NCBI GenBank assembly: GCA_937921735.1
Contig: CAKZTQ010000032.1
Location: 12,083 to 76,082 of the forward strand
Origin: an uncultured archaeon
GTDB taxonomy: Archaea > Hadarchaeota > Hadarchaeia > Hadarchaeales > Hadarchaeaceae
Length of the DNA stretch: 64,000 nucleotides
Direction: 5' to 3'
In this document: positions 38,039 to 49,138 of the stretch, in pieces
Numbering within the stretch: position 1 is the stretch's first letter
How the letters are laid out: each line of letters opens with the position of its first letter
Notes under the pieces: generated by a model
What the model was told of the DNA's origin: nothing
Database searches by the model: none
What the model saw: only the letters and a program-made list of their open reading frames with translations
Program-made: the position numbers and the translations under genes

Positions 38039-38836
38039 ATGTTGAATGCCGAGATCCTTTCGTTGGGAAATGAGCTCATCGAGGGCCTACGAACTAACAC
38101 GAATGCGACATGGCTCGCGAGGGAGCTCACGCGATTGGGCATCCGGGTGACCCGCATCACTTGCGTCGGAGACGAGCAGGGTGAGATAAAAGCTGCCATC
38201 GGCGAGGCCCTTGCTAGGAAACCTAATGTGCTCATCATAACGGGTGGACTCGGGGCGACTCCAGATGATAGAACTCGCGAAGCTCTCGCGCTGGCTATGC
38301 GACGGGGGCTGATTTTGAATTCCGTAGCCCTTAAACTTGTGGAGTCAAGCTATAGACGCTTGGGACCATCGCGATCGATAAAACGCGAGGCTTTGGCCCA
38401 GGCGAAACAGAAGATGGCGAGGATTCCAAAAGGTGCAATCCCTTTGCCAAACCAAGTTGGTTTGGCACCGGGCATTAAGCTCAGGCACGGAAAAACTTTA
38501 ATATTTTGTTTACCCGGCGTCCCGGCCGAGGCGAAGGCGATCTTCCGGACCTCTGTTCGGCATAACCTAGCCGAACTGGGTGGACAGGTGATGTGCAGCC
38601 GCACGGTGCTAGTAAAGGGTATCGATGAGACGACGTTAGCACCCCTGCTGGAAAGGTTGGCCCATGCGTTTCCTAGCGTCGATGTTCGTTCTTATCCTTC
38701 GTGGAAGGGTACACAAAGCCAAATCAAAATAATGTTGGTGGCCCCGACGGCGGAGCAAGTAAAGGCTGCGGCCGAATTCTTTGAACGTTCTTTAAAGGGA
38801 TCTCGCGCATCAACCAGTCGGCGTGACCACCGTTAA
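38039..38836 (+). CDS. CinA-like molybdopterin-binding domain protein
   Basis: GNEL-G-NTN, VGD, TGGLG-T-DD-T, N-G-APG, LPGVP-E. Confidence 0.88.
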   Translation: MLNAEILSLGNELIEGLRTNTNATWLARELTRLGIRVTRITCVGDEQGEIKAAIGEALARKPNVLIITGGLGATPDDRTREALALAMRRGLILNSVALKLVESSYRRLGPSRSIKREALAQAKQKMARIPKGAIPLPNQVGLAPGIKLRHGKTLIFCLPGVPAEAKAIFRTSVRHNLAELGGQVMCSRTVLVKGIDETTLAPLLERLAHAFPSVDVRSYPSWKGTQSQIKIMLVAPTAEQVKAAAEFFERSLKGSRASTSRRDHR

Positions 38837-40324
38837 CTTCTCTCGAACGACTTCACAAGCGTCTACTAGCGACTTTCCCCAACGCGCGGGGTCATCGAAC
38901 AGAAGAACTTTTTCATATCGGTGTCCAAATCTTCGCAGGTAGCTTGAAAGAGAATCGACCACTGTTTGCTTTTGGCGTTCATCCAGCTCCTGCGGTACTT
39001 GAAATTGCCCAAGTGGGTAAACATCTTCAAGCTCCTCCGGCACCACGCCGAAAGGAGGTATCAACCTGACTAAGTGAGTTCGATCCGGATCTTCCAATTT
39101 CGGTCGCTCCTTCTCGAACGCGGGTACTATGGCCAAGATCGGCAAGGCAGGTGGTTCGTAGCGCTCCGCAAATCTTCGGATGTAGCGCACGACCTCCGGG
39201 CGATCTGCTGACTCGGGTCCCAGGTAAAAGAACGCGGATGGCTTGGTCACGGGATCGAAGCGTTCAATGAAATCGCGGTAGACCGCTAACCTGCGCAGGG
39301 CGTTCAAAAGCCTAGGATGGGCACGACATTTCATCTCCACGTATTCCAATAGTCGCCCCTCGACAATCGCTTGTCTTATCCTCCTGAGTTCTCCGAAGAT
39401 AACGCTCAAATTATGTTTGGCCAACAACTTGACGCGCTCCTCCCGTGAGGCTCCTTTTATTTCGTCTAAAGTGTACTCGCTGCAGATGGGACATTCGCAG
39501 GGCAAGTAGGCCAAGTCGTTCAACTTCAGCGTCTTGTCTGGCGTGATGTACCTGTCATCCTTCGCGTACAGTACGTAAGCGGCGGAATCGAAAAGGTCGC
39601 AGCCCATCGCGACCGCTAGTGGCAACATCATGGGATGACCGGCGCCGAATAGGTGCGTCGGGCGTTCCGGTGGAAGGTTTTGTTTTGCGGTCATCACTAA
39701 ATCCACGATTTCAGCATAGCGATATTCCTCGAGCAGCTCCACTGGGCTACCTATGGCATGTAGTTGATAATCCAATTTTCCGATCTCCCTCGCGCATTTC
39801 GCCACTAAGTCATAAAAGGTCCCGCCTTGGACGGGGCCACACCACGCCACCTTTGGGTTGGACCTGAGTCGGATGGCCTGCTTGGCTCGCTCCAGCGTTA
39901 TCTCGACGGTCTCAGCCGCGCGTCCTCTGTCCACTCCTATGCCGGTTGGTATGTCCAGTATCGTCGCGATATCTGGGGCAATTGCATCTTGGTAAAGCAC
40001 GATCTCTTCCGGTCCAACATCGATCGTCCCGTAGCGTAAGATCTGATATCCCCCGCTATCCGTCATTATCGGACCATCGTAACGAAGTATCCTATGAACG
40101 CCTTGTCTTGTAGCCTTCTCGCCATAGTGACGTAGTATCAGATATGCGTTTGTTATCACGATCTCCGCTCCGAACTCCCGACGCATCTCGCGAGGGGTCA
40201 GTACGATGTCCCTGGGATCTATCACTGGCATGAGCGTGGGAGTCGTCACCTCGCCGTGGGCCGTGGTGAGCTTACCGATTCTCCCCATGCCGTCTCGGTG
40301 AAGTATTTGAAAAATTTTAACCAC
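38810..40324 (-). CDS. tgtA: Archaeosine tRNA-guanine(15) transglycosylase
   Basis: TP-MPV, TDSGGYQ, LDIP, QGG, HLFGAGHP, FDSA, C-C-C...H Zn site. No obvious PUA domain. Confidence 0.93.
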   Translation of the reverse strand: MVKIFQILHRDGMGRIGKLTTAHGEVTTPTLMPVIDPRDIVLTPREMRREFGAEIVITNAYLILRHYGEKATRQGVHRILRYDGPIMTDSGGYQILRYGTIDVGPEEIVLYQDAIAPDIATILDIPTGIGVDRGRAAETVEITLERAKQAIRLRSNPKVAWCGPVQGGTFYDLVAKCAREIGKLDYQLHAIGSPVELLEEYRYAEIVDLVMTAKQNLPPERPTHLFGAGHPMMLPLAVAMGCDLFDSAAYVLYAKDDRYITPDKTLKLNDLAYLPCECPICSEYTLDEIKGASREERVKLLAKHNLSVIFGELRRIRQAIVEGRLLEYVEMKCRAHPRLLNALRRLAVYRDFIERFDPVTKPSAFFYLGPESADRPEVVRYIRRFAERYEPPALPILAIVPAFEKERPKLEDPDRTHLVRLIPPFGVVPEELEDVYPLGQFQVPQELDERQKQTVVDSLSSYLRRFGHRYEKVLLFDDPARWGKSLVDACEVVREKLTVVTPTG

Positions 40325-40334
40325 CGTCGGCGAG

Positions 40335-41546
40335 CTAACAGAGCGGGATTTTCCCGTATGCTAAATCCATGCAAAACTTATCTATATTTTCGAGCTCAGA
40401 GTTCATGATTTCCTCTATGTCCTCTCGGACCTCCTCGATGGTCACCCCTGGTTGTGGGATCACCTGTGCAATGGCGATGGCCGGTTGATCTATAGGTTGG
40501 CCTATTTTGCTCAGCAACCAAACGTAAACTTCTTCCAAGCCCGGCACCTGCTCGTATATTTTTTCTGCCATACGGTGCGTTAGAACGTTGTAGATCTTGC
40601 CAACGTGGCTTATCGGATTTTTGCCTGTTGCGGCCTCGGAGCTCACGTGTCTGTTCAATGGGATCACACCGTTAACTCGGTTGCCCCTGCCGACTTGACC
40701 CGAATCAGCGCCATCCGCGCTTGTGCCTAGCACAGTTAGATAAATCCCGTCTACACCGCGTCCGGGTACATCTAACGTATTGAGGTGAATGGTAACTTTT
40801 TTGAAGTTTGCATTTTCTTCAACGAACGAGTTCAAGTTCTCGAGGACTTCTGATTTTTTCCTGAAATAATCATCTTCGCTTTCGATAAACCTGTCAACGA
40901 AAGCTATTGAGATAGTCAAGTTCAACTCATCGTTTTTTCGAAATCCCATTACTTTTACATCCTCACCTGTTTCTTGGAACTCCTTTTTGAATTCCTTTGA
41001 ATTTATGTATTTTTCTACCATGAGAACGAGTTTCTCGGTGTTGGTCATAGGCGCATAGCCAACCGCCGCGGATGTGTCGTTTGCGCTTAGGACCCTTCCT
41101 TTTCTCTTGAAGATATCCGTGAGCGCCGCCGATCCCGGTTTCAACTCAACTTGGTATCTCACGTGCTCCTCGGGGTCAACGAATCTGAGATTTTGCCTAA
41201 ACCACTCCTTGGCAGCTTCGATGGCTATTTCCTCAACCGGGATGCTGATGCCCTCCACCTCACAGGTTGCCCTATCTCCGAATATCAAAAGCATGGGTTG
41301 TTTTACCGTCCCCCCTCCAAACTTGGTTTCGACTTCGCCGGCGACGAGCAGCGATTTATCGGCATTGTAATGCATTATCCTTCCAAACTTTTTGAGGTAT
41401 TCCATGTTCAACATTATGGAGACTCGATCTAAGATAGCATCGCAAATCGTATCTGGGTGCCCAAGACCTTTTCTTTCCACTATTTCAAATTTTTGTTTCT
41501 CCAGCGGCGTTTGTTTGAAATCCTCCACAATAATATTTCGGTCCAA
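40335..41546 (-). CDS. mat: S-adenosylmethionine synthetase (archaeal type)
   Basis: EIVERKGLGHPD, ANDTS, GEDVKVMG, GTSA-DSG-VGRGNR, GKNP-HVGKIYN. TTG start at 41546. Confidence 0.95.
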   Translation of the reverse strand: MDRNIIVEDFKQTPLEKQKFEIVERKGLGHPDTICDAILDRVSIMLNMEYLKKFGRIMHYNADKSLLVAGEVETKFGGGTVKQPMLLIFGDRATCEVEGISIPVEEIAIEAAKEWFRQNLRFVDPEEHVRYQVELKPGSAALTDIFKRKGRVLSANDTSAAVGYAPMTNTEKLVLMVEKYINSKEFKKEFQETGEDVKVMGFRKNDELNLTISIAFVDRFIESEDDYFRKKSEVLENLNSFVEENANFKKVTIHLNTLDVPGRGVDGIYLTVLGTSADGADSGQVGRGNRVNGVIPLNRHVSSEAATGKNPISHVGKIYNVLTHRMAEKIYEQVPGLEEVYVWLLSKIGQPIDQPAIAIAQVIPQPGVTIEEVREDIEEIMNSELENIDKFCMDLAYGKIPLC

Positions 41547-41622
41547 ATCCGCACCCGCGGTTTTCGGTTCACTATTCAAATATTTATAGGTTTTTCTGAT
41601 AAATATAACTGATAGGAATGAC

Positions 41623-42201
41623 ATGCGCTTAATGAGGCCTACAGAGATACGTAACTTGCGCATTAAGCTAGGCTTGACGCAAGCACAGCTCGCCGAGTTG
41701 GCGGGAGTGACCCAAGCCTACATAGCCAAAATCGAGGCGGGAATCGCCGATCCTAAGGTCTCAACGCTCGAGAGGATATTGACGGCGCTTGAGGGGGCGA
41801 AAGCCAAGAGGCGCATTACGGCGAGCCAAATAATGAACGCACCGATAATCTCAGTTAAACCTAACGATAAGGTCGAGAAGGCAATCCGACTGATGGAGTC
41901 CCACGACATATCTCAACTCCCGGTGCTGGAGGGCTCAACGCAAATAGGTTCGATATCGGAGGCGACGATCCTCCGCAAGATCGCTGAAGGCGAGGACATG
42001 TCCAAGCTTGTGCGAAGCGACGTCGAGGAGATCATGGAAGATCCGTTTCCGACCGTGGGCAGGGACGCGGATGTCGACACTATCTACCACTTGCTCGAGC
42101 ACAATCCCGCCGTCCTCATCGTTGACCGCAATAAGGCGATCGGGATAGTGACTAAGGCGGATGTGCTTAAGCTGGTGAACGAGTTCAAGAGGATCAAATA
42201 G
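41623..42201 (+). CDS. HTH-XRE plus tandem CBS-domain regulator
   Basis: LGLTQAQLA-AGVTQAYIAKIE; two CBS domains (ISQLPV). Confidence 0.9.
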   Translation: MRLMRPTEIRNLRIKLGLTQAQLAELAGVTQAYIAKIEAGIADPKVSTLERILTALEGAKAKRRITASQIMNAPIISVKPNDKVEKAIRLMESHDISQLPVLEGSTQIGSISEATILRKIAEGEDMSKLVRSDVEEIMEDPFPTVGRDADVDTIYHLLEHNPAVLIVDRNKAIGIVTKADVLKLVNEFKRIK

Positions 42202-42282
42202 TTGATTACAATCAACGCGGTTTGTTAACCGCCCTGAAATGATTTATCCCCGGCGGTAATAGTAGAAACGGCGGTATAATCC

Positions 42283-43002
42283 ATGTTCAAGGACCCGATT
42301 AGGGAAAGGGTCGGGCGGTGGATAGCCGGGGACATAGCGCTGTCCGAGGACCCGGGCGGCGCCATAAAGCGATGGCGGGAGATCTTCGGCATGAGCCAGA
42401 CCTCGCTCGCCGAAGTTTTGGGCATCTCCCCCTCCGTCATAAGCGACTACGAAGCCGGCAGGCGTAAATCCCCTGGCGTGGGGACGGTGAGGCGCATCGT
42501 CGAGGCTTTTGTCGAGTTCGACGAACAACACGGGGGGAAGGTGAAGAGGGCTTTTGCGCACATGTTTGGCACTCAACTACCGCCCGACATCGTGCTAGAC
42601 ATCCGCGAGTTCAAGGAGCCAGTAGACGGGAGGACGATTTGTGAGGTCGTGGCGGGAGAGGTAGCGGCGAACGAAGAGCTGTTGGATCAAAAACTCTTCG
42701 GTTACACCGTCATCGATAGTTACAAGGCGGTGCTGGGGCTCTCGGCAGACGAGTTCACGAGGCTGTATGGTCTGACGACTGAGAGGGCGCTCGTGTTTAC
42801 GGGTGTCACGACTGGACGCTCGCCCATGGTCGCGATAAAGGTTATAGGCATCACACCCGGCATGGTGGTACTTCACGGGAGCCTTCAGACGGTTGACCCC
42901 TTGGGTATCAAAATAGCGGAAATCCTACGGATGCCGCTCGTCGTATCGAGGCTCCCATCAGTGAGCGATCTCATCGAGAAACTGCGCAAATGCGCGATTT
43001 GA
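42283..43002 (+). CDS. Predicted archaeal HTH transcriptional regulator (COG1709-like)
   Basis: IAGDI-LS, KRWREIF, SVISDYE-GRRKSPG, GYT-IDS, RALVFT-V-GRSPMVA. Confidence 0.85.
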   Translation: MFKDPIRERVGRWIAGDIALSEDPGGAIKRWREIFGMSQTSLAEVLGISPSVISDYEAGRRKSPGVGTVRRIVEAFVEFDEQHGGKVKRAFAHMFGTQLPPDIVLDIREFKEPVDGRTICEVVAGEVAANEELLDQKLFGYTVIDSYKAVLGLSADEFTRLYGLTTERALVFTGVTTGRSPMVAIKVIGITPGMVVLHGSLQTVDPLGIKIAEILRMPLVVSRLPSVSDLIEKLRKCAI

Positions 43003-43098
43003 TACGACGATCGTCGAAATAATTATAGACAATCGAAAAATATTTAATGTTCGCGCCAGACGATTAGCATAAATCTAGGAGGAGGACGGCGAAAATTT

Positions 43099-44142
43099 AT
43101 GGATGTCGGAATTGTCGGTTACGGGGTCTATATCCCAAGATATCGGCTAAAGATAGAGGATATAGCCAAGGTATGGGGGGCCGACGCGGGGAGGGTAAAG
43201 CAGGGGCTGTTGGTGGAGGAGAAATCCGTCCCCGGACCGGACGAGGACACCGTCACCATCGCCGTGGAGGCGGCCAGAAACGCCATGAGGCATGCGAGAA
43301 TTAACCCCCAGGACATCGGCGCCATCTACGTCGGCTCCGAATCGCATCCGTACGCCGTTAAGCCCACCGCAACTATGGTTGCTGAGGCAATAGGGGCCAC
43401 GCCTAACCTAACTGCGGCGGACTATGAGTTCGCCTGCAAGGCAGGCACGGCGGGCATCCAAACGTGCATGGGCATGGTCGAGGCGGGGATGATAAAATAC
43501 GGCATGGCCATAGGCGCCGACACCGCCCAAGGTGCTCCCGGGGACCCACTCGAATACACCGCCGCAGCCGGTGGGGCAGCGTTCATAATCGGAAAAAACG
43601 GGGGAGAGACGATTGCCGCGATAGAGGGGACCTGCTCTTATACCACGGACACCCCCGATTTCTGGCGTAGGGACATGCAACCATACCCAAGGCACGGGGG
43701 GAGGTTCACGGGCAAGCCCGCCTACTTCAAGCATGTCCTCTCGGCAGCGGCGGCCCTTCTCCAGCAGCTACAGCTTAGGCCTCAGGATTACTCGTATGTG
43801 GTATTTCATCAGCCGAACGGCAAGTTTCCGCTTCAGGCTGCCAAGGAGCTAGGTTTTTCAACAGAACAGGTGATGCCGGGGTTGCTTGTGACCAAGATAG
43901 GCAACACATATTCCGCGTCCACCTTACTTGGGTTAGCTGCCATTTTGGATCAAGCCAAGCCTGGCGAGAGGATCCTCGCCGTTTCTTATGGCTCAGGCGC
44001 CGGGAGCGATGCTATAAGCTTGCTAGTGAGGGACGCCATAGAGGAAAAGCGGAATTCGCCAAAGGTGTTGGACTACGTGAACAAGAAAATAATCATCGAC
44101 TATAGCACCTACGCGAAGTTCAGGCGGCTGTTGGTGAAGTAG
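43099..44142 (+). CDS. Hydroxymethylglutaryl-CoA synthase
   Basis: [43 protein letters not shown]. Confidence 0.95.
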   Translation: MDVGIVGYGVYIPRYRLKIEDIAKVWGADAGRVKQGLLVEEKSVPGPDEDTVTIAVEAARNAMRHARINPQDIGAIYVGSESHPYAVKPTATMVAEAIGATPNLTAADYEFACKAGTAGIQTCMGMVEAGMIKYGMAIGADTAQGAPGDPLEYTAAAGGAAFIIGKNGGETIAAIEGTCSYTTDTPDFWRRDMQPYPRHGGRFTGKPAYFKHVLSAAAALLQQLQLRPQDYSYVVFHQPNGKFPLQAAKELGFSTEQVMPGLLVTKIGNTYSASTLLGLAAILDQAKPGERILAVSYGSGAGSDAISLLVRDAIEEKRNSPKVLDYVNKKIIIDYSTYAKFRRLLVK

Positions 44143-45306
44143 ATGAGAGAAGTGGCGATAATAGGGGTGGGACTAACCAAGTTCGGCGAGCTTTGGGACG
44201 TTTCGTTCAGGCAGATGATCGTCGAGGCCGGTGCCCAAGCCATAGAGGATGCCAACGTGGACGGCAAACAAATCGACGCGATGTACGTGGGAAATATGTC
44301 CGCCGGTCAATTCATTCGCCAGGAGCACGTGGCCTCGCTCATCGCCGACCACGCTGGCTTGGTGCCAATACCGTGTACTAGAGTAGAGGGCGCCTGTGCC
44401 TCCGGCGGGCTTGCCCTGCGTCAGGCGTTCATAGCCGTGGCCTCAGGGATCCACGACATAGTGGTGGCGGCCGGAATAGAGAAAATGACGGATATCTTGA
44501 CAGAGCAGACCACCGAGGCGCTCGCGACGGCCGCGGACCAAGAGTGGGAGGCGCAGATAGGTGCCACGTTCCCGGGACTCTACGCCCTCATGGCGAGGCG
44601 CCACATGTACGAGTACGGCACGACGGAGGAGCAGATGGCCATGGTCGCGGTTAAAAACCATCACAACGCCTGCTTCAACCCGTGCGCGCAGTACCACATG
44701 AAGATAACCGTCGAAGATGTTTTGAACTCCGCACCCGTTACCTATCCGCTCAAGCTGCTCGATTGCTCGCCCATCACCGACGGTGCTGCATGCGTTATCC
44801 TCGCCCCAGCTGAAAAGGCGAGGCGATTCACTGACACGCCAATCTTGATCGCGGGAAGTGGGCAGGCTAGCGATACCATTTCTCTACACGATAGACCGAC
44901 GTTGACAGGCATAAGGGCGACGACCGAGGCAGCGAGGGTCGCTTACAAGATGGCCGGCGTAGGGCCACGAGACATAGACCTCGCGGAGGTCCACGATTGC
45001 TTCACGATAGCCGAGATAATGGCGATAGAGGACCTGGGCTTCTGCAAGAAGGGCGAGGGTGGCAGGGTCACCGAGCAGGGTGAGACAGCGCTTGGGGGGA
45101 GGATACCCATCAACACGAGCGGTGGCCTGAAGGGCAAAGGGCACCCCGTCGGTGCAACCGGCATCGCTCAGGCCGTCGAGATCGTGCAACAGCTCCGAGG
45201 CGAGGCCGGCAAGAGGCAGGTAGAGGGTGCGGAAATCGGTCTCACCCATAATGTGGGTGGAACAGGCGGTACCGCGGTCGTGCACATATTTAAGAGGGGT
45301 GACTAG
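44143..45306 (+). CDS. Acetoacetyl-CoA thiolase (archaeal)
   Basis: E-ACASG, DCSP-TDG, EVHDCF, SGGL-KGHP-GATG, HNVGG. Confidence 0.95.
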   Translation: MREVAIIGVGLTKFGELWDVSFRQMIVEAGAQAIEDANVDGKQIDAMYVGNMSAGQFIRQEHVASLIADHAGLVPIPCTRVEGACASGGLALRQAFIAVASGIHDIVVAAGIEKMTDILTEQTTEALATAADQEWEAQIGATFPGLYALMARRHMYEYGTTEEQMAMVAVKNHHNACFNPCAQYHMKITVEDVLNSAPVTYPLKLLDCSPITDGAACVILAPAEKARRFTDTPILIAGSGQASDTISLHDRPTLTGIRATTEAARVAYKMAGVGPRDIDLAEVHDCFTIAEIMAIEDLGFCKKGEGGRVTEQGETALGGRIPINTSGGLKGKGHPVGATGIAQAVEIVQQLRGEAGKRQVEGAEIGLTHNVGGTGGTAVVHIFKRGD

Positions 45307-45699
45307 GTGGGCGTTCCAAGGTTTTGGCGGGAGATACCCAATCGCTACAACTTGATCGGCACTAAGTGTAAGAACTGCAATAAGGTTTTCTTCCCGCCAC
45401 GCTACATCTGCCCGAATTGCAGGCGCGTCGGCAAGCTTGAGCCGTACAAGCTGAAGGGGCGCGGCAAGATCTACTCCTATACCATTACATACGTGCCATC
45501 GAACGGCTTTGAGGACCAAGTGCCCTACGTGCTGGCGATAGTTGAGCTCGAGGATGGACCGAAGATTACGACACAAGTCACGGACTGCGATCCGAACGAC
45601 ATCAAAATAGGCGATGAGGTGGAAATAGTTTTCAGGCGGATGGGCGAGGAAGGAGAAGAAGGAGTAATTTACTACGGGTACAAGGCGAGGAAAATCTAA
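45307..45699 (+). CDS. DUF35 Zn-ribbon/OB-fold scaffold protein
   Basis: CKNC...FPPR-CPNC, OB fold, YGYK; third gene of the conserved HMGS-thiolase-DUF35 cluster. Confidence 0.93.
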   Translation: MGVPRFWREIPNRYNLIGTKCKNCNKVFFPPRYICPNCRRVGKLEPYKLKGRGKIYSYTITYVPSNGFEDQVPYVLAIVELEDGPKITTQVTDCDPNDIKIGDEVEIVFRRMGEEGEEGVIYYGYKARKI

Positions 45700-45708
45700 A
45701 CTGACCGA

Positions 45709-46464
45709 TCATACCCGTCGCGCGAAGGTCAGGTATCCGGTATGAGCGATCATTCGAGTCTTCGGCCTCGTGCTGCCTGGTTTGACCTCGAATTCCCTGA
45801 CCAGGCATTCTATGGTTTGGTAGTTGACGAAGCTATAATTGGGCAGTTCCGCGTGTAGCCTCTGAATGTGCTCGATGCATGGGGAGAAGACCGCGAGGTA
45901 ACCCCCTGGCTTAAGTGCCGCTTCAGCATGGGGTAATACCCGCTCGGGCTGGGGCAAATCTAGCGCAACGAGGTCAACGTCTCGTTCCTCTATTCCCTCG
46001 TAGATATCTTTGAGCTTTATCGTCACGATATCGCTCAGCCCGGCCGAGCGGATGTTGTCCTCGGCTAATCGAGCGAAGTCCTCCCTGACCTCGTAGCTTA
46101 TCACTCGGCCGTTCGGCCTCACCAGATTTGCTAAAAACATCGCCAGCGCCCCCGAGCCGGCCCCCGCGTCCACCACGATATCGCCAGGGCCTAGCCCAGT
46201 GTAAGCGATTATCTGCGCCGCGTCCTTTGGGAGCACTATCTGAGGGGCGCGTTTCATCTTCTGCAAAAAGTCCGTGATTCTTGGCCGCAAAAGTACGAAC
46301 TCTTTGCCGGTGTGCGATTTCAACCTCTCGCCTGGTTTTTTGCCGATCGCGGCGCCGAGGTCGATGGCACCTAAATCGGTATGTAGTTGTCTGGGCTCCG
46401 CTGCGACGAGATATTTTCTGCCTCTTTCATCGATCAGTATTACCTTCTCTCCCCTTTGGATCAT
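45709..46464 (-). CDS. trmI: tRNA (adenine-57/58-N1)-methyltransferase
   Basis: QIVLPKD, DAGAGSGAL, YE-R, LDLP-P, HTGYL. Confidence 0.94.
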   Translation of the reverse strand: MIQRGEKVILIDERGRKYLVAAEPRQLHTDLGAIDLGAAIGKKPGERLKSHTGKEFVLLRPRITDFLQKMKRAPQIVLPKDAAQIIAYTGLGPGDIVVDAGAGSGALAMFLANLVRPNGRVISYEVREDFARLAEDNIRSAGLSDIVTIKLKDIYEGIEERDVDLVALDLPQPERVLPHAEAALKPGGYLAVFSPCIEHIQRLHAELPNYSFVNYQTIECLVREFEVKPGSTRPKTRMIAHTGYLTFARRV

Positions 46465-46527
46465 CCAATCGCCAATTTTGTTGTCGAGCTTATATATCCC
46501 CTGTTAAACGTTGGATAAGGGGGCGTC

Positions 46528-47418
46528 ATGCGCATGAGTTTGCCGTTCCTCTACATGCGGCCGCGGCAAATGATCGCCATACCCGCGATCCTTTCCGTCA
46601 TCTTCTTGATCGCAATTTTGATTCGTGGGGTTCCCATTGGCATGGAGTTCACCGGTGGCACGTTGGTCAGGATTCGCGGGCTTGATGATCGGCCCGACCT
46701 TTCGATGGTCGAGCCTGCGGTTGAGAATTTTTTAGGCTCGAAGATATATCTCAAGATAACTGAGGACCGCACCCGTCAAACTGGAAGGTTTGGATTGGAC
46801 TTGGAGACCAGCAAGGTGTTGAGCGAGGAGGAAAAGGTCGAGCTTCAGAAGTTTTTGGAGAAGAAATTTGGCATAACGGGGAACTACGGCGCGGAATGGT
46901 TTGGTTCTATACTCACGGGCATCTATCGAGAGCAAGCGCGTCGGGCGATAATTGCTGCGATCATCGCGATGGCCATCATCATCTTCATCGCGTTTAGGCG
47001 CAAGGTGGTGGTCGGTGCCATCCTCCTTTGCCTAGGCCTTGACATGCTCGGGACACTTGGATGCATGGCGATATTTGGAGTTCCCCTCACCTTGGCATCG
47101 ATCGCTGGACTCCTGATGCTCATAGGTTATGCCGTCGATACCAATATCCTGCTGTCGGTTCAAACCGTGAAGCGCTTGGGAGGTGAGGTAAGGGAACGGA
47201 TCCTCACCGCCATGAAAACTGGGCTGATGATGAGCGGCACCACAGCGCTGGCGATGATCATCATTAATGTCATCACCGTTGCTCCGGCCCTCTACCAGCT
47301 CTCCGCGGTTCTTATATTCGGTATCTTGGTCGACATCGTCAACACTTGGTTCTTGAACGCAGGGATTTTGTTGTGGCATTCAAGCCGAATTAAGGAGGAG
47401 TTCTATGTCAGCGAGTAG
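46528..47418 (+). CDS. secF: Protein translocase subunit SecF
   Basis: G-EFTGG, AGLLMLIGYAVDTNILL, TG-M-TT, N-GIL. Confidence 0.9.
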   Translation: MRMSLPFLYMRPRQMIAIPAILSVIFLIAILIRGVPIGMEFTGGTLVRIRGLDDRPDLSMVEPAVENFLGSKIYLKITEDRTRQTGRFGLDLETSKVLSEEEKVELQKFLEKKFGITGNYGAEWFGSILTGIYREQARRAIIAAIIAMAIIIFIAFRRKVVVGAILLCLGLDMLGTLGCMAIFGVPLTLASIAGLLMLIGYAVDTNILLSVQTVKRLGGEVRERILTAMKTGLMMSGTTALAMIIINVITVAPALYQLSAVLIFGILVDIVNTWFLNAGILLWHSSRIKEEFYVSE

Positions 47419-49138
47419 GGACTGGCACATTTGGTTGCTCGTGCTCGTTACATTGTTTTCGGCGATGTTGCTCATAAGGCCGGGTATAAAATACGGGGTA
47501 GACATCGCCGGCGGATCTAGGATAACTTTGCGGTTGGAGGCATCTCACGTTACCATCAAAATAGAGGATTTGTCCAAGTTGGACAACCTCGTCAGAACGC
47601 TCGAGGACAACTTGCTTTCGACGGTCAAGGTAGTGGCCTACAACGAAAACGTAAAACAGATCACGCTGGAAGTGGGCAGGGCTGTGACCGAGGACATGAT
47701 ATCAGGCATCATCGACAACCTTGGACAGCTCGTTGGGCTCGAGGAAAATAAGGTCAGCGATGAAACACGCGACGAGATCATGCATATACTTCAAGCTAGG
47801 GTGGATCCGTACGGTACAATTGGGGCCCAGTTCAAGCCGCTCGGGATGAACTTCATCCTTTTTGAAATATCAGGCATCGAGCCAGAAAGGGCCAAGGAAC
47901 TGCTCGGGAGGCAAGGCATGCTGGAGGCGTTCGTGGACAACACGCTCGTCTTGAGGGGGGGAGACATCTTGCGCGTGGGCCTGATCAGGATCGAGCTAGA
48001 AGCTGGAGGATATAAGTACCATGTCCCGTTTGAGATTTCGGAGGATGGCGCTCGGAGATTCGCGCAAGCATCCGTTGGAAAGGCCGGCCATTGCTTGGCG
48101 ATTTACTTAGATCGTCCGGACGATGCAGTTTTGATCTTTAATAGACAGCTCTTGGGAGAGCTGGAGGCCTTTACCTACGACGAGAACTTGAGGGTATTCA
48201 TCCACCGCACCGGCGGATTTCCGGTCATGGTCCCTGCGGCGGCAGTGACTCCAGGGTCGCTGGAGGTAGAGGTTCTAGAATTTCTGCAGAAACAGCGCGA
48301 GTCCGCGATTCGGGCGATTTTTTTGGGTGAAGAAAAGGACTTTTCTCCAGTGATTGTTGATAAAATAAGGGAGCTTTTTTCGATCGTTGAGAGCATACCG
48401 AGACCCGCGGATCAAATAGCAGACGAATGGGTGCGCCGAGCCTGTGGATTAGAATCTTGGCCACAAATTCAAGCGGATATCGCCGGAAAAGCGGTGACGA
48501 ACGTCGAGATAACCGGCGTTCGAAGTTCTAGGGATGATGCGGAAAGGGACGCGAGGGATCTGCAAATATTGTTGTCTCAAAGATTGCCAGTAAAAATCTC
48601 GTTTGAAGGGGAGACGGCGATCGAACCGAGACTAGGCGCCGAAATAAAGGGCGAGGCCATGAGGGCTGCGGTGGGGGCGATCGTCGGCATTTGGGCGATG
48701 CTTTACATCCGCTATAGACGCCTTAGGATCGCTGTAGCCATCGTCGGAACGATGCTGTGTGAAGTGATTATTACGTTGGGGCTGGCTTCCGCGATTCGCT
48801 GGACGATTGGTTTGCCGGAGATAGGTGGGTTGATCGCGGTCATAGGCAGCGGCGTCGATCATCAAATAGTCATCACCGATGAAATCTTGAGAGGAGTGGC
48901 ACCTCAGGCGAAAAAGGTGAGCATCAGAGGTCGGATCGGTAGGGCCTTCTCGGTGATTTTTGCTGCAGCTGCGACGACCATCGCGGCGATGGTATGCTTG
49001 GCATCGCTCGGCTTTGGTGTGATGAGGGGCTTCGCTCTGGTAACGATCATCGGCGTGTTATCTGCGGTTCTAGTCACCCGCCCGGCTTATGCTAGACTGA
49101 TCAGCGCATCGTTGGCGAAGGAACTTAGCGAGGGTTAG
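47405..49138 (+). CDS. secD: Protein translocase subunit SecD
   Basis: G-D-AGG, R-DP-G, LP, LG, IGSGVDHQIVITDE, GFA. Confidence 0.9.
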   Translation: MSASRDWHIWLLVLVTLFSAMLLIRPGIKYGVDIAGGSRITLRLEASHVTIKIEDLSKLDNLVRTLEDNLLSTVKVVAYNENVKQITLEVGRAVTEDMISGIIDNLGQLVGLEENKVSDETRDEIMHILQARVDPYGTIGAQFKPLGMNFILFEISGIEPERAKELLGRQGMLEAFVDNTLVLRGGDILRVGLIRIELEAGGYKYHVPFEISEDGARRFAQASVGKAGHCLAIYLDRPDDAVLIFNRQLLGELEAFTYDENLRVFIHRTGGFPVMVPAAAVTPGSLEVEVLEFLQKQRESAIRAIFLGEEKDFSPVIVDKIRELFSIVESIPRPADQIADEWVRRACGLESWPQIQADIAGKAVTNVEITGVRSSRDDAERDARDLQILLSQRLPVKISFEGETAIEPRLGAEIKGEAMRAAVGAIVGIWAMLYIRYRRLRIAVAIVGTMLCEVIITLGLASAIRWTIGLPEIGGLIAVIGSGVDHQIVITDEILRGVAPQAKKVSIRGRIGRAFSVIFAAAATTIAAMVCLASLGFGVMRGFALVTIIGVLSAVLVTRPAYARLISASLAKELSEG

